Below are positions 22,501 to 30,504 of a stretch of DNA of 64,000 nt, one piece after another. This DNA comes from Naegleria gruberi (lineage: Eukaryota), in the NCBI GenBank assembly GCA_000004985.1, contig GG738853.1. The stretch is one strand, 5' to 3'. The position numbers and the translations under genes are program-made. The number at the start of each line of letters is the position of its first letter. Positions within the stretch are counted from its first letter, which is position 1. Under the pieces are notes generated by a model. That model saw only the letters and a program-made list of their open reading frames with translations, was not told the DNA's origin and ran no database searches.

Positions 22501-23479
22501 CATCCCAACTCCTAACAAGGTTTCTGGACAAGGTGATAACAGGGACAAGTTTGTTCCAACTCCAAAGAGCACAAGTGATCAACATCTCAAGTGGTATGAA
22601 TTTGTAGGAATGTTAATGGGTATTGGTATTCTTACGAAGAACGTTTTGCCATTCGATTATCCTTCCTTAATTTGGAAAAGTCTTGTTAATGAAAAGATTG
22701 GTTGGACTGATTTGAGATCCTTTGATGAAGAAATTTACAATGCCATGAAATCAATACTTGAACTTGGAGATGTAGACGATTCAGATTATGAATTGAAATC
22801 AATTATGGAAGACAGTTTCTCTCAGACCTACTATGGAAGAATGCTTACCACAATGGGAAGCGACGGCAAAGAAGTAGAGCTTGTACCAAATGGTACTAAT
22901 ATTGAACTTTCCTATAATAATAGAAAACAATATGCAAACTTGATCTATGATTACCGATTAACTAAAGAGTTTAATTCCCAATTGAATGCCATCAGAAAAG
23001 GACTGTTCAACATGCTCACTAACAGATACTTTAGTCTCTTCTCTTGGCATGAACTGGAAAGAAACGTGTGTGGTATTCCTGATGTAGATGTTGAAAAATT
23101 GAAGCAACACACAATTTATGAAGGATACACAATCCAAAGTAGAGAAATCAAGCACTTCTGGGAAATTATGCAAGCATTCAGTCCAGAACAGCGCTCACTT
23201 TTCCTCAAATTCGTCTGGGGTAGAGGTAGAATGCCTTACAATGAGAGTGAGGCCTTCTCCAATCCAATGAAGATTCAAAAACTTGATAGACCAAATCCTG
23301 ACATTGTCTTGCCACTTTCGCACACTTGTTTCTTCTCTATTGAGTTGCCATCCTACTCTACAAAGGAAATTATGAAAGAAAAACTCTTGTATGCCATCAT
23401 CAACTGTAAAGCTATTGATATTGATTTTACTACAAGCGCAATAGAAGCTCAGAATTATTCTATTGCTGTAAGAAGATAA
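10538..23479 (+). CDS. Giant single-exon HECT-type E3 ubiquitin ligase (4313 aa) with UBR-box, SPRY/B30.2, UBA, two ZZ zinc fingers and a C-terminal HECT domain
   Basis: Uninterrupted 12.9-kb ORF. UBR-box CSFTFTGKKFHKQYYYSCQTCS...CAFCARTCHRGHRL...FYCDCG at about nt 17290. SPRY-like FYFEVELVDCGESFAIGFS...GCGFIREQKTIFFTKNG. UBA LVEQMKLMGFTNDKVCLKALQLANDDINLALNYVFEG. ZZ fingers CSGCRSNISGVRYHCVECEEYDLCEKCV and CDNCGVNPIKGIRYWCENCENFNLCEKCA. HECT motifs GEAADDYGGPFRE...LPLSHTCFFSIELPSYSTKEIMKEKLLYAI with catalytic Cys. Confidence 0.85.
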   Translation: MYNSNTTNVRPISSSMGPPPLSANSASRRTIAATTGPPPFNPNNRVPTAVVTTPMPMVNGGQPPNPFFRPPYPNNPPIPNGMIPNNMGGYMPQPMWSPNVPVTSPSMRNQPPVQNNFMPVNNNNTSMTLSTPSSSASRNRSVSIGSAPVPTGDPNEAKLFDELLTTFYSDPVRIDEISRMDLFCIRSALPKTTFEEIDIFSSYFGHGSSVDASSFGANLLLNDDNNNNNNTTLDYNNGQNSVISSLRHAIRKLYLEAFRDDDKFSASLLSYHLLLYKRLKILEKVQEFQHGKMNSTQSLKVQFEQLPSNNALSIAVDHNIDKPSTSVIATCALSSVPVNTTEMTQVAEHQYQPLKREDLDTFTKNLIKAMQKSDVKKGIFAKLRKSKSESIYKIITKYAYPLCLPLEILDIESLNPVKQYLVEYSLDKENGLKRRTKSIHSMLLLALSTGSLLDMLQVLQCLLSLSENPDDPLIDAETEDEGSFVMRAETLKPLQQFQYLIKMHLDQLEKDSSHTPGKNNDLPTYLLPQHIWNDPNYSLISFSSNGVSLNFNWKKPYLTAKRLFLFLLNQIDMLATHYLYCESYSTINSQGDLVIELGDSKNINSLLNHREKFLKNKISANIKFSIELGSPRTFSSLLDIIDSMLQIQNTSNSELNGVKNYSIAALFRILHLNVKALSLWKKGRENVNQLVQHRMSSSTGYSNVNFIESMKGYFLGFLKEIDTDLETNQDGLKSFETIHEAKPSSQSRSKDPNIKEQPKNQQKTTQDQKKDVTTNPFILNLFGSTAKEPVQEEQQTNFDIEENDDFVVISTTPGHPNNREQPPTPEEVKNVSKYRSILAALAPQTFMSKFISEKMLDILVTGFSIFYPSPEEQRFFLEDSISILSNGGKSNSTSLLSSSTEVPLRRNFLKKLLERLVNDFTLFEKLIANGIGMSDVSVVIPFTEKLLEFIKRQEQFKMAEVLSKLSKFTPEKDIKPNDIYMHEDLEIIANLVKQLMIMWQNFLFHYVHSIFSKSSVSNNNGVVNSILGTNTGKVLFEYSRLILNQSEEVLNEMCKISAEIIEVKSKVDKSSVDEVNSLLTIGICEGILQKGATGWLCFPLLLNFAKFLWKGSILSNSKSAAGNVVIESQLEKLTQFLYPPVVNLLRMIDLLCQFCDVQEFKSEAERLLIDWTIVETEHPYDGNVTDWKEVNFIDPNNNIINVGIKFDPRCITSGPEDHLRINSLQKIANLQALQFSGHGTTIPVNPLLTWGAGMSCSFKSGNFALNSSEGGKQGSMWGMRCLVVPVRSFSAPPLFMYEFSKLLGHIGGRCSTYLLSTYPYSSDEDKYVEWLESKIFANGIKGEIGQPTEQNTEKQSNNNNNGLLLLRMEEDFSKNSMMYQQAKTIAPGKFGSNPYDLIEKVDVDSSSSDVLDVADKFLLEMIEPTSNTSAPINYCNYMYQRILNKESFTQMMQQVPDVVSAERAVIAAVLKHTGLDSLARKVSDAVAESPFLLSENVDKDSYEKSMSLLDIMFKNGDYEKLKLMWRKVGRTLREWMIKTKQQKQLSYRDMRDFIVQKCKFLISLESAFMSTVPLDARDIGTTEKSSLFKKVQSPRAVEKSSLFSQQLTHNFVFNRFKKGNIGGFTNILPSDDFVGDISSQIVKFIQSDIIPVRIQNLMRMRSERALNRATSLQMFSELLQSTQFASVKAEIVHGIKAVRQNRSMKKIDSPNFHYFNNVEGSGPMYSDILSSSLSDFLKQLFYPLDSCISTSSQEEKEKQLRVLVQSGLLREILDICLISFKHNDIKWIMQFDFLEKLSYLMYNTISTPEQNTDKFKRRDGFTEEQKEINKKSWKIFRLLSIRCVEMLEENAITDPVVESQLNDLRDTVFNLLFKDLKRVIGDMNSEISSEVLEEMLSLMVSLSNTPSAQSCLSSERFQQLLLPLLRLESYPKVQELSLKLCGQLITSYGELSTDNNYSEGLKELLTILFEFLGAYETKQVTGDASLVNDKDGSGSIGMKMAKDIFNLIRKLFRDIPVDDHSSAPYFVGVLTSLMDQAINLSTQNIIQSIRKGKTSVLKDIQLVYSTLTVLNGFNCVPQIGEIVNVDMNGRVEKAKVKEIEETYHLIKIELCDKTVIHREHFVSAENVKVETNQPIEKFDLQKQHVHSLFKFITELGVMVNGTDLSLDDKILYSNLWMRSLRWLLDAISIQNNYSTIVTETLLGADSDYANMLEKLVGLGEKSTIYQTLANETNKSLITYGKDLKLDSCSFTFTGKKFHKQYYYSCQTCSMNTNQAVCAFCARTCHRGHRLGTLEVGDFYCDCGAGEAAAKTHGTSNCKSLRNASPDPILTTERMESVMLRLQKLMPISSKRNQADTLDLVPNSPNSSTASQNNQPVQKGPSKFVVTNTLVQDGVPYTINNAPGELPLITFNPMRLYSPKHSIIATDFSVPMSWPGFYFEVELVDCGESFAIGFSLPFNPTSAITYKTIFSQTQNMYTWHTEAGTLYKGNTIVKNSYPTASTKDVIGCGFIREQKTIFFTKNGVNLGPSFQNVDLITLSPIIAMKGKNVQARVNVSMIKPFQFNLPRNFKLLVPVYYAINNPTSEIVETNQPLGKPSQPVVQNELSVFETRVKELKSVVNGLYTEDDIRRVLTSLNNMEGSNLNILNFALSILHRNMQPQVQVISKTNAPTQPEAVPVLRLQLVEQMKLMGFTNDKVCLKALQLANDDINLALNYVFEGVVVEDTPPLIPNMASSSSISIPSSIAPPANPFVDREEFIKKNEKSVNDILLFENSGVPLLGSECNNSDMKQRLLKAMLQNPDMKINENNFCDSNNLREGDLVVVSPRIVAVADNNSDSGYDLSRNKKTAALSKLRGKLGVVSRKVTYGPYVMVAEEQGAGSIVTDLVESKNVYTAPHELKGITINDVPAKCLEFYMALSSTYIRTTILKALIKASEMKNFKMDLPKTFSTKKNLMKGLKLTLIDSYHHLDTDYNFISSYTNNVILEKSVDYDNNYTFANKTLPAIEHFESWKNMEITNSENKASDIFLEIEEEALNDLNAYTLGLNNYRKYDYRKDMNVLHQQPTPYKQHFIQFYGATSIAIILGEKFELPTTLDCLTFYFDRNGKKVALQIKGGTPVQDRCLIITTNNYNYFNQTEPFANQAQLYFEFTGPSVRENNGVTFYAAPYTTKLSQRDAFLQPNMLLSSLVLKYSAISRKSRKVDFTAALYFPIMGRYLLTPFAPFKGIVADALCQLDYSSPVIFNSHIDPMSHTGIRDSIVKSGPAYAHLSLLKRFRVELEDLYRKYLRYNETSPHALHNFHALTEFMTVVRKYLVSDLCQSMFPSASSSLSNLPTNLANILDKHHMYSCKLDQQHYGRTVERETLACTSCTHSVAKQLSMYETKPSSSFAKYFANESTKCQSQVAMEFQIKYDHENSCNVATSIVPIGTTSESVSKLFSKEDNLLQVNPSDWFEHVSWVDQLTIIREFLETFTSNNGRTFPEWTLFESILEKRKKVCYKESKHPYSVVNDSDKIKIPGAKTLYITFDKHSKTHKCDRLLFSTKKAGSDDLGSFGGDELKDKTIVVHGTDSVYYDFTCGGGDHDVKCSGCRSNISGVRYHCVECEEYDLCEKCVSKQGRVHSDLHLFLKIRRPVDCMPAMIPSLYTPRWRSTSQFKGNIHVGVKCDNCGVNPIKGIRYWCENCENFNLCEKCADTEFKYHDRMHIFLRVVRPLPPKNQMPANALPYGLVYEKDMDSHWGYMFSVSSSIEACPRISQVQNEIDEIRSLMKIGKDNQPIGEDDVDPVEFDKQLLEYVETYSNGWQSLEWNQLSPKKEELTNLPLLDRVPLNRLRYRFVLLKLFNRRISRVINILDFTNTSNIERMNDSRAVTITDMISQQLRDRIFYSVKMDAWQHTIMKSHVTVDPIHLKLNRHLASEMHPTDRQRNAFNSLFIQAFNQVKSMHPKILSRKQASWKVTLIGEAADDYGGPFRESLSNMCQELIANDPSVLDLFIPTPNKVSGQGDNRDKFVPTPKSTSDQHLKWYEFVGMLMGIGILTKNVLPFDYPSLIWKSLVNEKIGWTDLRSFDEEIYNAMKSILELGDVDDSDYELKSIMEDSFSQTYYGRMLTTMGSDGKEVELVPNGTNIELSYNNRKQYANLIYDYRLTKEFNSQLNAIRKGLFNMLTNRYFSLFSWHELERNVCGIPDVDVEKLKQHTIYEGYTIQSREIKHFWEIMQAFSPEQRSLFLKFVWGRGRMPYNESEAFSNPMKIQKLDRPNPDIVLPLSHTCFFSIELPSYSTKEIMKEKLLYAIINCKAIDIDFTTSAIEAQNYSIAVRR

Positions 23480-23734
23480 TTATTTCAATAAAACTGAATA
23501 ATCTTCAAAGCAATTAATGCCAATTCATTATTTTGTTTATATCAAAGAAGGAAAACTGAAAGGAAACCTCAGTGCTTGCTTTGAAGACTTAAAACTCACC
23601 AGTAATGCTACTGGAATGACAAAAACCTCCTTGAAATATTAGAATTGTTACAAATAAGTGATTCTATTTTTTCACATTTCCAAATTGGTATTCACCAAAG
23701 CATAAATTTTTTCAATCAAAAAAAATACGCGAAA

Positions 23735-24220
23735 ATGAGCAGCAAGAATACTGTCTTTAAGAAAATTATTATTGGTTGTGACCACGGAGCAGTTGATTTG
23801 AAGAATCAAACTGTGAATTATATTAAATCGGTTTACGGAAGTAAGCTTGACAATTTTTTCGATTTTGGTGTTCATACTGAAGATAGAGTTGACTATCCAG
23901 ATATTGCTCATGAAGTTTGCAAACGTATTCAATCAAATGAATATGATGGAGGTATTTTGTTGTGCGGAACTGGTGTTGGTATTTCAATTGCTGCTAACAA
24001 ACATGAAGGAATTAGAGCAGGACTTTGTCACGATGATTACACTGCTGAAATGATTAGAAAACACAATAATTGTAATATTCTCGCTTTCGGAGGTAGAACA
24101 ACAGGTATTGAAATTGCTAAAAGAATGGTTGATATTTTCCTTACCACTGAATTTGAAGGTGGAAGACATGCTGAAAGAGTTGACAAGTTGAAAATTACTT
24201 CATGTTGCGAAAGTAAATAA
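23735..24220 (+). CDS. Ribose-5-phosphate isomerase B (RpiB/LacAB family)
   Basis: gaaaATG start at 23735. Motifs IIGCDHGA, LLCGTGVGISIAANK, NILAFGGRTTG and GGRHAERV are typical of RpiB-type sugar-phosphate isomerases. Confidence 0.8.
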   Translation: MSSKNTVFKKIIIGCDHGAVDLKNQTVNYIKSVYGSKLDNFFDFGVHTEDRVDYPDIAHEVCKRIQSNEYDGGILLCGTGVGISIAANKHEGIRAGLCHDDYTAEMIRKHNNCNILAFGGRTTGIEIAKRMVDIFLTTEFEGGRHAERVDKLKITSCCESK

Positions 24221-24243
24221 ATATTAAATAATATTATATTATT

Positions 24244-25545
24244 TTACAAAACTGGTGTATCGTGTAAGGCACAACAAACTACTGCTTTTGCATGTCCCTT
24301 ATATTCTTTGATATATTCTCCTCTATTACAATCCCAAAGTTTAGCTGTCAAATCTGAGCTTGCTGTCACTAAATATGAAGAATCAGAATTGTAAGTACAA
24401 TCCCAAACCCATTTCTTATGTCCATTAAGAGTCTTTTGAAGTCTACATTGACTAGATAAATCCCACAATCTAACAGTGGAATCTGAACTACAAGTAGCAA
24501 GTTGTGTACAGTTTGGAGCAATTTTACATTTAAGAATATAATGATTAAAGTGAGCATTGAATTGATAGATCAATCGTATGACACCATCTTCAGTAATTGT
24601 ACAAGTTTGCTCATTATTGGTTGTTGTCTTTGGAGTTGGGAATATTGATGGTGTTGCTGGTTGTACCATATCATGTAATTGGGCTCCAATATTGATACCA
24701 CTCATTGATGAGGTCAATGGTGTTGTACTACCAAAGTCAGAGAATGATTTTGAAGAAGATAAAAGTGGCTTTGATGATGTAACAAAATTCTTCTCAGCAC
24801 TAAAACCATATGATTCCCAAATACTATTCTCTGTTTCTTCATAGCACTTGTAGTGATAAATATATACATTTCCCTTTTGATTGGCAACAGCAATTGTTCT
24901 TCCATCTTGACTAACATCTACACTTCTAATAGGAGTTCCTTTACATACACAAATCTTGTAGGCACACTTGTCTTCGGTCAAGTCCCAAATTCGCAAATAT
25001 CCCTTCTGATCACCAGCAATTAATTCTACTTGATTTGGATGTAAAACAACAGAATTAACGTGATTATTACTTGCTCTAATACCTTTAGAACTCTTCTTTT
25101 TACGTTGTTGTTTACCTGATGATCCACATACTGAATATTCTCTCTGACAAGTAAAAGTACGTAAATCCCAAACTCTCACCGTTCCATCTTCTCCAGCACT
25201 GTACATCCACTTGTCTTCCTGTTGAAATCCAATAGCTAGAATATTTGCAGTGTGTCCTTCTAAACTACCAACAAGTGGTAATTGTTGTTGCTGTTGTTGT
25301 TGTGGTTGGGATCTACTACTCGACTTCATGGTTCTTCCTCTTGGTGGATCACTTGTAGCCAATTGAAAGAGACGAATATGATTGTGAGAGGCAGCAGCCA
25401 ATAAATGTTTGTTGTGGGAAATACAGAGAGCATTTACTTGTGGATCCGTATAATTGATGGTGTGAGAGCAAACATTTGTGGTTGGTTCCCACAAGCGAAT
25501 GGTCTTATCGTAGGAGGCTGTACAGAGAATAACTCCTTGTGGCAT
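24244..25545 (-). CDS. lst8: LST8 (TORC subunit, WD40 beta-propeller) with poly-Q and Ser/Thr-rich insertions
   Basis: N-terminus VILCTASYDKTIRLWEPTTNVCSHTINYTDPQVNALCISHNKHLLAAASHNHIRLFQL and C-terminus YLVTASSDLTAKLWDCNRGEYIKEYKGHAKAVVCCALHD align closely to metazoan and yeast LST8. A Q9 tract and an S/T-rich insert account for the extra length (433 aa). Confidence 0.85.
   Translation of the reverse strand: MPQGVILCTASYDKTIRLWEPTTNVCSHTINYTDPQVNALCISHNKHLLAAASHNHIRLFQLATSDPPRGRTMKSSSRSQPQQQQQQQLPLVGSLEGHTANILAIGFQQEDKWMYSAGEDGTVRVWDLRTFTCQREYSVCGSSGKQQRKKKSSKGIRASNNHVNSVVLHPNQVELIAGDQKGYLRIWDLTEDKCAYKICVCKGTPIRSVDVSQDGRTIAVANQKGNVYIYHYKCYEETENSIWESYGFSAEKNFVTSSKPLLSSSKSFSDFGSTTPLTSSMSGINIGAQLHDMVQPATPSIFPTPKTTTNNEQTCTITEDGVIRLIYQFNAHFNHYILKCKIAPNCTQLATCSSDSTVRLWDLSSQCRLQKTLNGHKKWVWDCTYNSDSSYLVTASSDLTAKLWDCNRGEYIKEYKGHAKAVVCCALHDTPVL
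25288..25318 (-). repeat. CAA/CAG run (poly-Q) inside LST8
   Basis: ttgttgttgctgttgttgttgtgg on the plus strand, giving Q9 in the protein. Confidence 0.9.
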
Positions 25546-25738
25546 TTTTCTAATAATTTATAATCTTTTATTTTTTTTATTATTAATTGATGATGTTGAT
25601 GAGGTGTGGATTGACCTCAATTCAGATTGTGTGATTTCCTCAATCAAGTTTTTACTGTAAAAATAACTTTCCCTCCAAAATATTGAAATGTTTTATGTAT
25701 TGGCGCGAACACTTTGAAAAAAAAATAGTCAACTTGTG

Positions 25739-28007
25739 ATGGAGGCACCAGTATTTACCAACGTCAAACAAGCCTTAATCACATCGGCTGAAGCTCTTCT
25801 GATTGATCATAGCGCTATCAAAACTGAAGAGGATGTGATTGTAAGTAATTATTTATTCTCATAATTAAATCATTGATAATTATTCGAATAGTCAATTAAA
25901 ATCAATCAGCACGGTTCGAAAAGAGAACAATTAGAATTTAAGGCTAACTCCTTGAATGAAAGTATGAAGTCGATCAAATCATCTCTGGATGAAACTTGGA
26001 AGAACACCACTTCTCTTCAATATGGAACGGTTGTTCATGTTGCCTCTTTGAAGAAATATTCCGAAAGTACTGATGAATACAAGAAGGATTTCACCATGTT
26101 CGATCAAGAATTTCAATCTGTGAGAGAAAGAATGGATCAGTTGAATAGTCAATTCATAGAATTTAGTTCGAAAATGTCTCTTGAGGAGAAGAAGAAATCC
26201 GACTTATCAAAGGCTGTTAAGACCGCTGTTCTATCAAAGCAATCTCTGGAAAAGGCCATTGAAGCAAGCAGTCAAAGGATATTAGATACAGAGAAGGCTC
26301 TTTCTGAAATGAATATCAACCTTTCCTCCACACTAAGCGAGTTGCAAAACAAGGAGAGACTTTTGCAATCCACTTTGTTCGAAACCAAACAGCAAGAAGA
26401 GAATGAAAAGGCAGCCAAGTCAGAGCTCGAATCAGCCACAGAAAGGAGGGAGAAGAAAGCTCAATCATTGAATGACCTTGTGCAAAAGATAGAACATTCA
26501 AAGACAGAGAAGGAGGAAGCAATCTCAAATTTAGATTTGAAGGGAAAGGAGGTATTCAATGAAGTGACAAAGAGTATTGACATGGAAATTGAGCAAATCA
26601 ACCAAGATGTAGAGCAACGTAAGGGCAGCCTTTCATGTATGCAAGAAGATTTGAAGAATTTGGAAGGCGTAACAGTCCAACAAAAGTAAGTAATTGATTA
26701 TTCTTTGGATCATTCACCGATTAACAGAAAGTTATTGTTTGAAAAGCAAAAGTCAGTAGTTGAAAAAAGAAAAGAATTGTGTCTGTTGGAAAGAAATTTA
26801 GAGACCAAGAAGCAAGAAACAATTCAATACCATAGGCATGTAGAGTCAATCAAAAAAGATTTAGCCAACATCTCCAAGTCAATTGAAAAATCTAATGCCG
26901 AGTTGTCCTCAAAGATTGATCTTCTCAAAGAAGTTTCAGAACCAAGCTCTGAATTGATGACTGTGAAGAAAGACCATGAAGATATTTGTCAAGCATTGGG
27001 AAAGGTTAAAGAAACGATCCAGTCTAAGAAAATTCACATTGAAAATGGTTTACACAAGCTGAAGGATCACAAGGTTAGTATCTATGATTTTTGTTTTAAC
27101 GAGCTTTTTAGGTTTTGATTCAAGAAAATATGAACAAGTCATCCTCACTTCAGAGTGAAATCTCTCAATATGACATACATCTTTCAGAGATTTCAAGATT
27201 AGAACCAGATCTCCAAAAACAAATTAAGAAATATGAGCAAGCAAGCTCTGAATACGAAACACGGTTGGCAAAGGCAGAGGAGAAGTGTAGCATGTCCTCC
27301 AAATATTCTGAAGGAAAGAAGAAGTTTGACGAGCAAGTGGCCCAAAAGAAAAATGAAGTCGAACAAAAGAAGAAGCAAGTGGAAGAGGATCTTAAGAAAC
27401 AATTCGAATCAGATATCCAAAAGATTCAAATAGAAATGGAGAATGAAGAAGATAAGGCTGAGGAAAATCTCAGATTGTTATTGATCAGGCATGAGAAGGA
27501 GAGAAAGAAGAGGGTAAGTATTCTCCTTTTCTTTATGAATGACTCATTACAAATGTAGGCCGAAACAATTGAGGAACTTAAGCTTAAGGCTGAAAAGGCA
27601 AAGAAACGTAAAGCACGTAATCTAGAAGAGACTCCAAAGAAGAAGAAAAAGAAGAGTGTCACAGATGATATTGATGAAGACATTTTCTCTGTGGTAAGTT
27701 TTCAAAATTCTAATTTCCAATCACCTTGCACCTTTAGTCATCACAAAGTTCAGACATAACAAGAACTTTTGTCAAAACCACATCAAAGAAGGATAAGCAA
27801 CCCAAACCAAAGAAAACCAAGGAAACAAATCTATCTCCACCAAGTAGCACTAAGGGAAGAAGAAAAAGTCAAACAGAAACCAAATCAAAGAAGGCAGAAC
27901 AGGTTGAGTCCACTGGAAAGAAAAGCAAGACACCTACAAGCAAAACAAGTAAGAAGAAAGATAGCTTGAATAATTCTCAAATGTCTGTCTTTGATTTTAC
28001 AGACTAG
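25739..28007 (+). CDS. Six-exon coiled-coil protein of about 680 aa with a Lys-rich C-terminal tail (function unknown)
   Basis: Exons reconstructed by hand: 25739..25840, 25910..26685, 26728..27073, 27112..27513, 27559..27693, 27738..28007. Introns begin GTAAGT/GTTAGT and end AG, and the reading phases are consistent. The body is heptad-rich (LEEKKKSDLSKAV...ELQNKERLLQS...). The last exon's frame was chosen from the splice phase. An alternative open frame exists (27769..27969), so the 3' end is less certain. Confidence 0.55.
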
Positions 28008-28058
28008 AGAACTTCCAACTGTACATATTATAAATATTAATAATGGTTGTCTGAACGT

Positions 28059-28583
28059 TTACTGATTCCTCAGTTCTTGTTTGACTTCAGTTAGTAACTT
28101 TCCAAGTAGATTTAAACCAGGCCATTTTGAAGGGTGGGTCTCTATTGCTTCGTGTTCTCTCATTCCTATTCCCCAAATTGCATCATTTGGAGATGCTTCC
28201 GCTAATATCTTATCGCCAGTACTTAATAGAGTTTGTTTGATATCCTCATTCTGTGAAAATTTTGCATAAAGATGTCTCTTCATAATTAGCTCTCTATTTT
28301 GATTCCACATGTCGTCAGTGAAATTCGACACCATTCTTCCAAGCTGTTTAGCATTTGATGGACTTGTATTGGCCAAAATATCTTTTGCCACCTCATCATC
28401 TCCGAATAATTTAGCTTTCCCATACATCATTCCTTGTTCTGTATTTGCAAATTGAATTCCATCTAATACATAACTAGCTGCATGCCAATTACTAAACACT
28501 GATTTATCCTTCCAAAAGAACTCGTATTTTTGAGTATTGCCGAACTTGTCGTATGGTTTCTTTGATTGTTGTTGGGATGGCAT
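28059..28583 (-). CDS. NADAR-domain protein (YbiA/DUF1768-like, 174 aa)
   Basis: aaaaaaATG start. Conserved NADAR features: FSNWHAASYVLDGIQFANTEQGMMYGKAKLFGD, NAKQLGRMVSNFTDDMW...RELIM..HLYAKFSQNEDIKQTLLSTGDKILAEASPNDAIWGIG. Confidence 0.75.
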   Translation of the reverse strand: MPSQQQSKKPYDKFGNTQKYEFFWKDKSVFSNWHAASYVLDGIQFANTEQGMMYGKAKLFGDDEVAKDILANTSPSNAKQLGRMVSNFTDDMWNQNRELIMKRHLYAKFSQNEDIKQTLLSTGDKILAEASPNDAIWGIGMREHEAIETHPSKWPGLNLLGKLLTEVKQELRNQ

Positions 28584-28902
28584 TTTTTTATAGTTTTTTC
28601 AAAAACTTTCATGTTGGAAATTGATGTTGTAAACAATTATTTTTAAAACTGTTTACAATAAATACAATTAAAAAACAATATTTAATCAACTACCGACAAC
28701 ATTCTAAGTGTAACTATGCTCAATATGTTAAATAATTTAAATTCTTGTTAACATTCTTAAGACAACATTTGAATAAGAAATAAGAAACAAACTTAATATT
28801 GTTAATTTGCCCTCCCGCGGAGTTCTATTCCTTTCTTCTATTTTCTTAAATGATCTATCAACATCTGCCAACTGTAACATCTGTCGCATTTGTTAAAAAA
28901 AA

Positions 28903-30504
28903 ATGCAACAAGTTAATTCATCATTAACAATGAAGTTAATTACGTTCATTGCCATATTTTTAATGATCATTAACATGGCAACATGTGTATCATTAAATAA
29001 TCATCATCCTGTCACTTCTCATGTCAATAATGACATTAATTATCATCAAGTAATTTTTGACTATATGAAAGATCGTTCTAATGAAAATTTTAAATATCAA
29101 CTTTTAAATTCGGTTGACATTCCAAACACTGCTAAATTTTATGTATTTAACATGACAAGTGTCAAATGGTTAACTAACAAGGAAGTGTCACGTAGTGAGT
29201 GGTATCATTTTGTTGAAATTGTTGTTCCCTATCAAATAACTCAAACTAAACAAGCACTCATGTTAATTGCAGGTGGATCATCAAATTCACAAGTTCCAAC
29301 ACTTGACAAGGAATTAATTCAAATGGGTGTTTTAACAAAATCAATTGTTTGTACCATTCATCAAATTCCAAATCAACCACTCACTTTCTTATCAGATCCA
29401 GAAAAGAAGAGTCGAGTTGAAGATGCAATTTTAGCATTTGCTTGGGCAAGATTTATGAATTTAACACAGGAAAATGATGAATTGAAAAGTAATACTGAAT
29501 GGATTCCAAGACTTCCAATGGTCAAGTCAACTCTATTTGCTATGGATTTAGTTCAAGAATATTTATTGAAAAATCTTAATATTAAGGTTGAAGATTTTCA
29601 TGTTGCTGGTGCTTCAAAGAGAGGTTGGACGACAAATCTTGTTGGTGTTGTTGATCAGAGAGTTAAGAGTATTATTCCTATTGTTATTCCAATTTGGAAA
29701 ACAAGAGAAGTATTGGGTATGTTTTTTTTTCTTTTTATTGAACTAGTTGTATATTGAACTATGAAATTCTTATTGACTGGATTGTAACTTATTGTAACTT
29801 ATTGTAAAAATATAGAACATACATATAATTCACTTTGTTTTTGGCCTGAAGCAATGGGTGATTATGTAAGGGAAGGAATTATCAATCGATTGAATTCAAA
29901 GGAATTTAAATTATTAGCAGATGTTATTGATCCATTCGAATATAATGATATTCTTGCTGGTAAATTTAAATATTTTGTTAATGCAGTTGGTGATCAATTC
30001 TTTGTACCTGAATTGAGTCAATTCTCCTATCCATTTATTAAGGGAAGTGATGAACGTAAACATTTGAGATATATTCCAAATGCAGATCACTCAATGGCTG
30101 GTTCTGATGCTGAACTTACAATTTTGGCCTATTACTATTGTTTAATTAACAATATTTCACTTCCAATTTATAATTTCAATTTGAAATCTGATTCATTATT
30201 GACTGTCAATATTGTAAAGAATATTTTACCAATTAAGAGTATTTTATTATGGGAAGCTTTTGCTCCAAATAGAGATTTTAGACAACAAACTATTGGAAAT
30301 GTTTGGAAATCAAGAGATATTTCTACTAATTACAATGCTCAAACTTGTCAAATTAGTGTTAATTTAAATAATCCACCAAGTGGTCAATTTTATGCTGCAT
30401 TTGTTGAATTGACATTTGATCTTGGAGGTGCTATCTATCTCAAATTCACAACTTCAGTTTATATTCTTCCAAATGTTTTACCATGTCATTATAGTGACAT
30501 TTAG
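28903..30504 (+). CDS. PhoPQ-activated pathogenicity-related protein (PqaA-like), secreted; 2 exons
   Basis: Exons 28903..29716 and 29816..30504 (GTATGT...TATAG intron, phase 1). Signal peptide MKLITFIAIFLMIINMATCVS. Family motifs include HFVEIVVPYQ, ALMLIAGGSSN, ILAFAWARFM and FHVAGASKRGWTTNLVGVVDQRVKSIIPIV. Confidence 0.7.

Noticed and set aside
10525-23173. Numerous 60-175-aa minus-strand ORFs nested inside the HECT ligase gene (for example 20876..21400)
   Set aside because: They sit inside a continuous 4313-aa ORF with clear domain content. No independent start contexts or domains.
27769-27969. Alternative-frame ORF in the last exon of the coiled-coil gene
   Set aside because: The splice phase from the preceding GTAAGT..TTTAG intron selects the other, Lys-rich frame ending at 28007. 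I kept it only as an uncertainty note.
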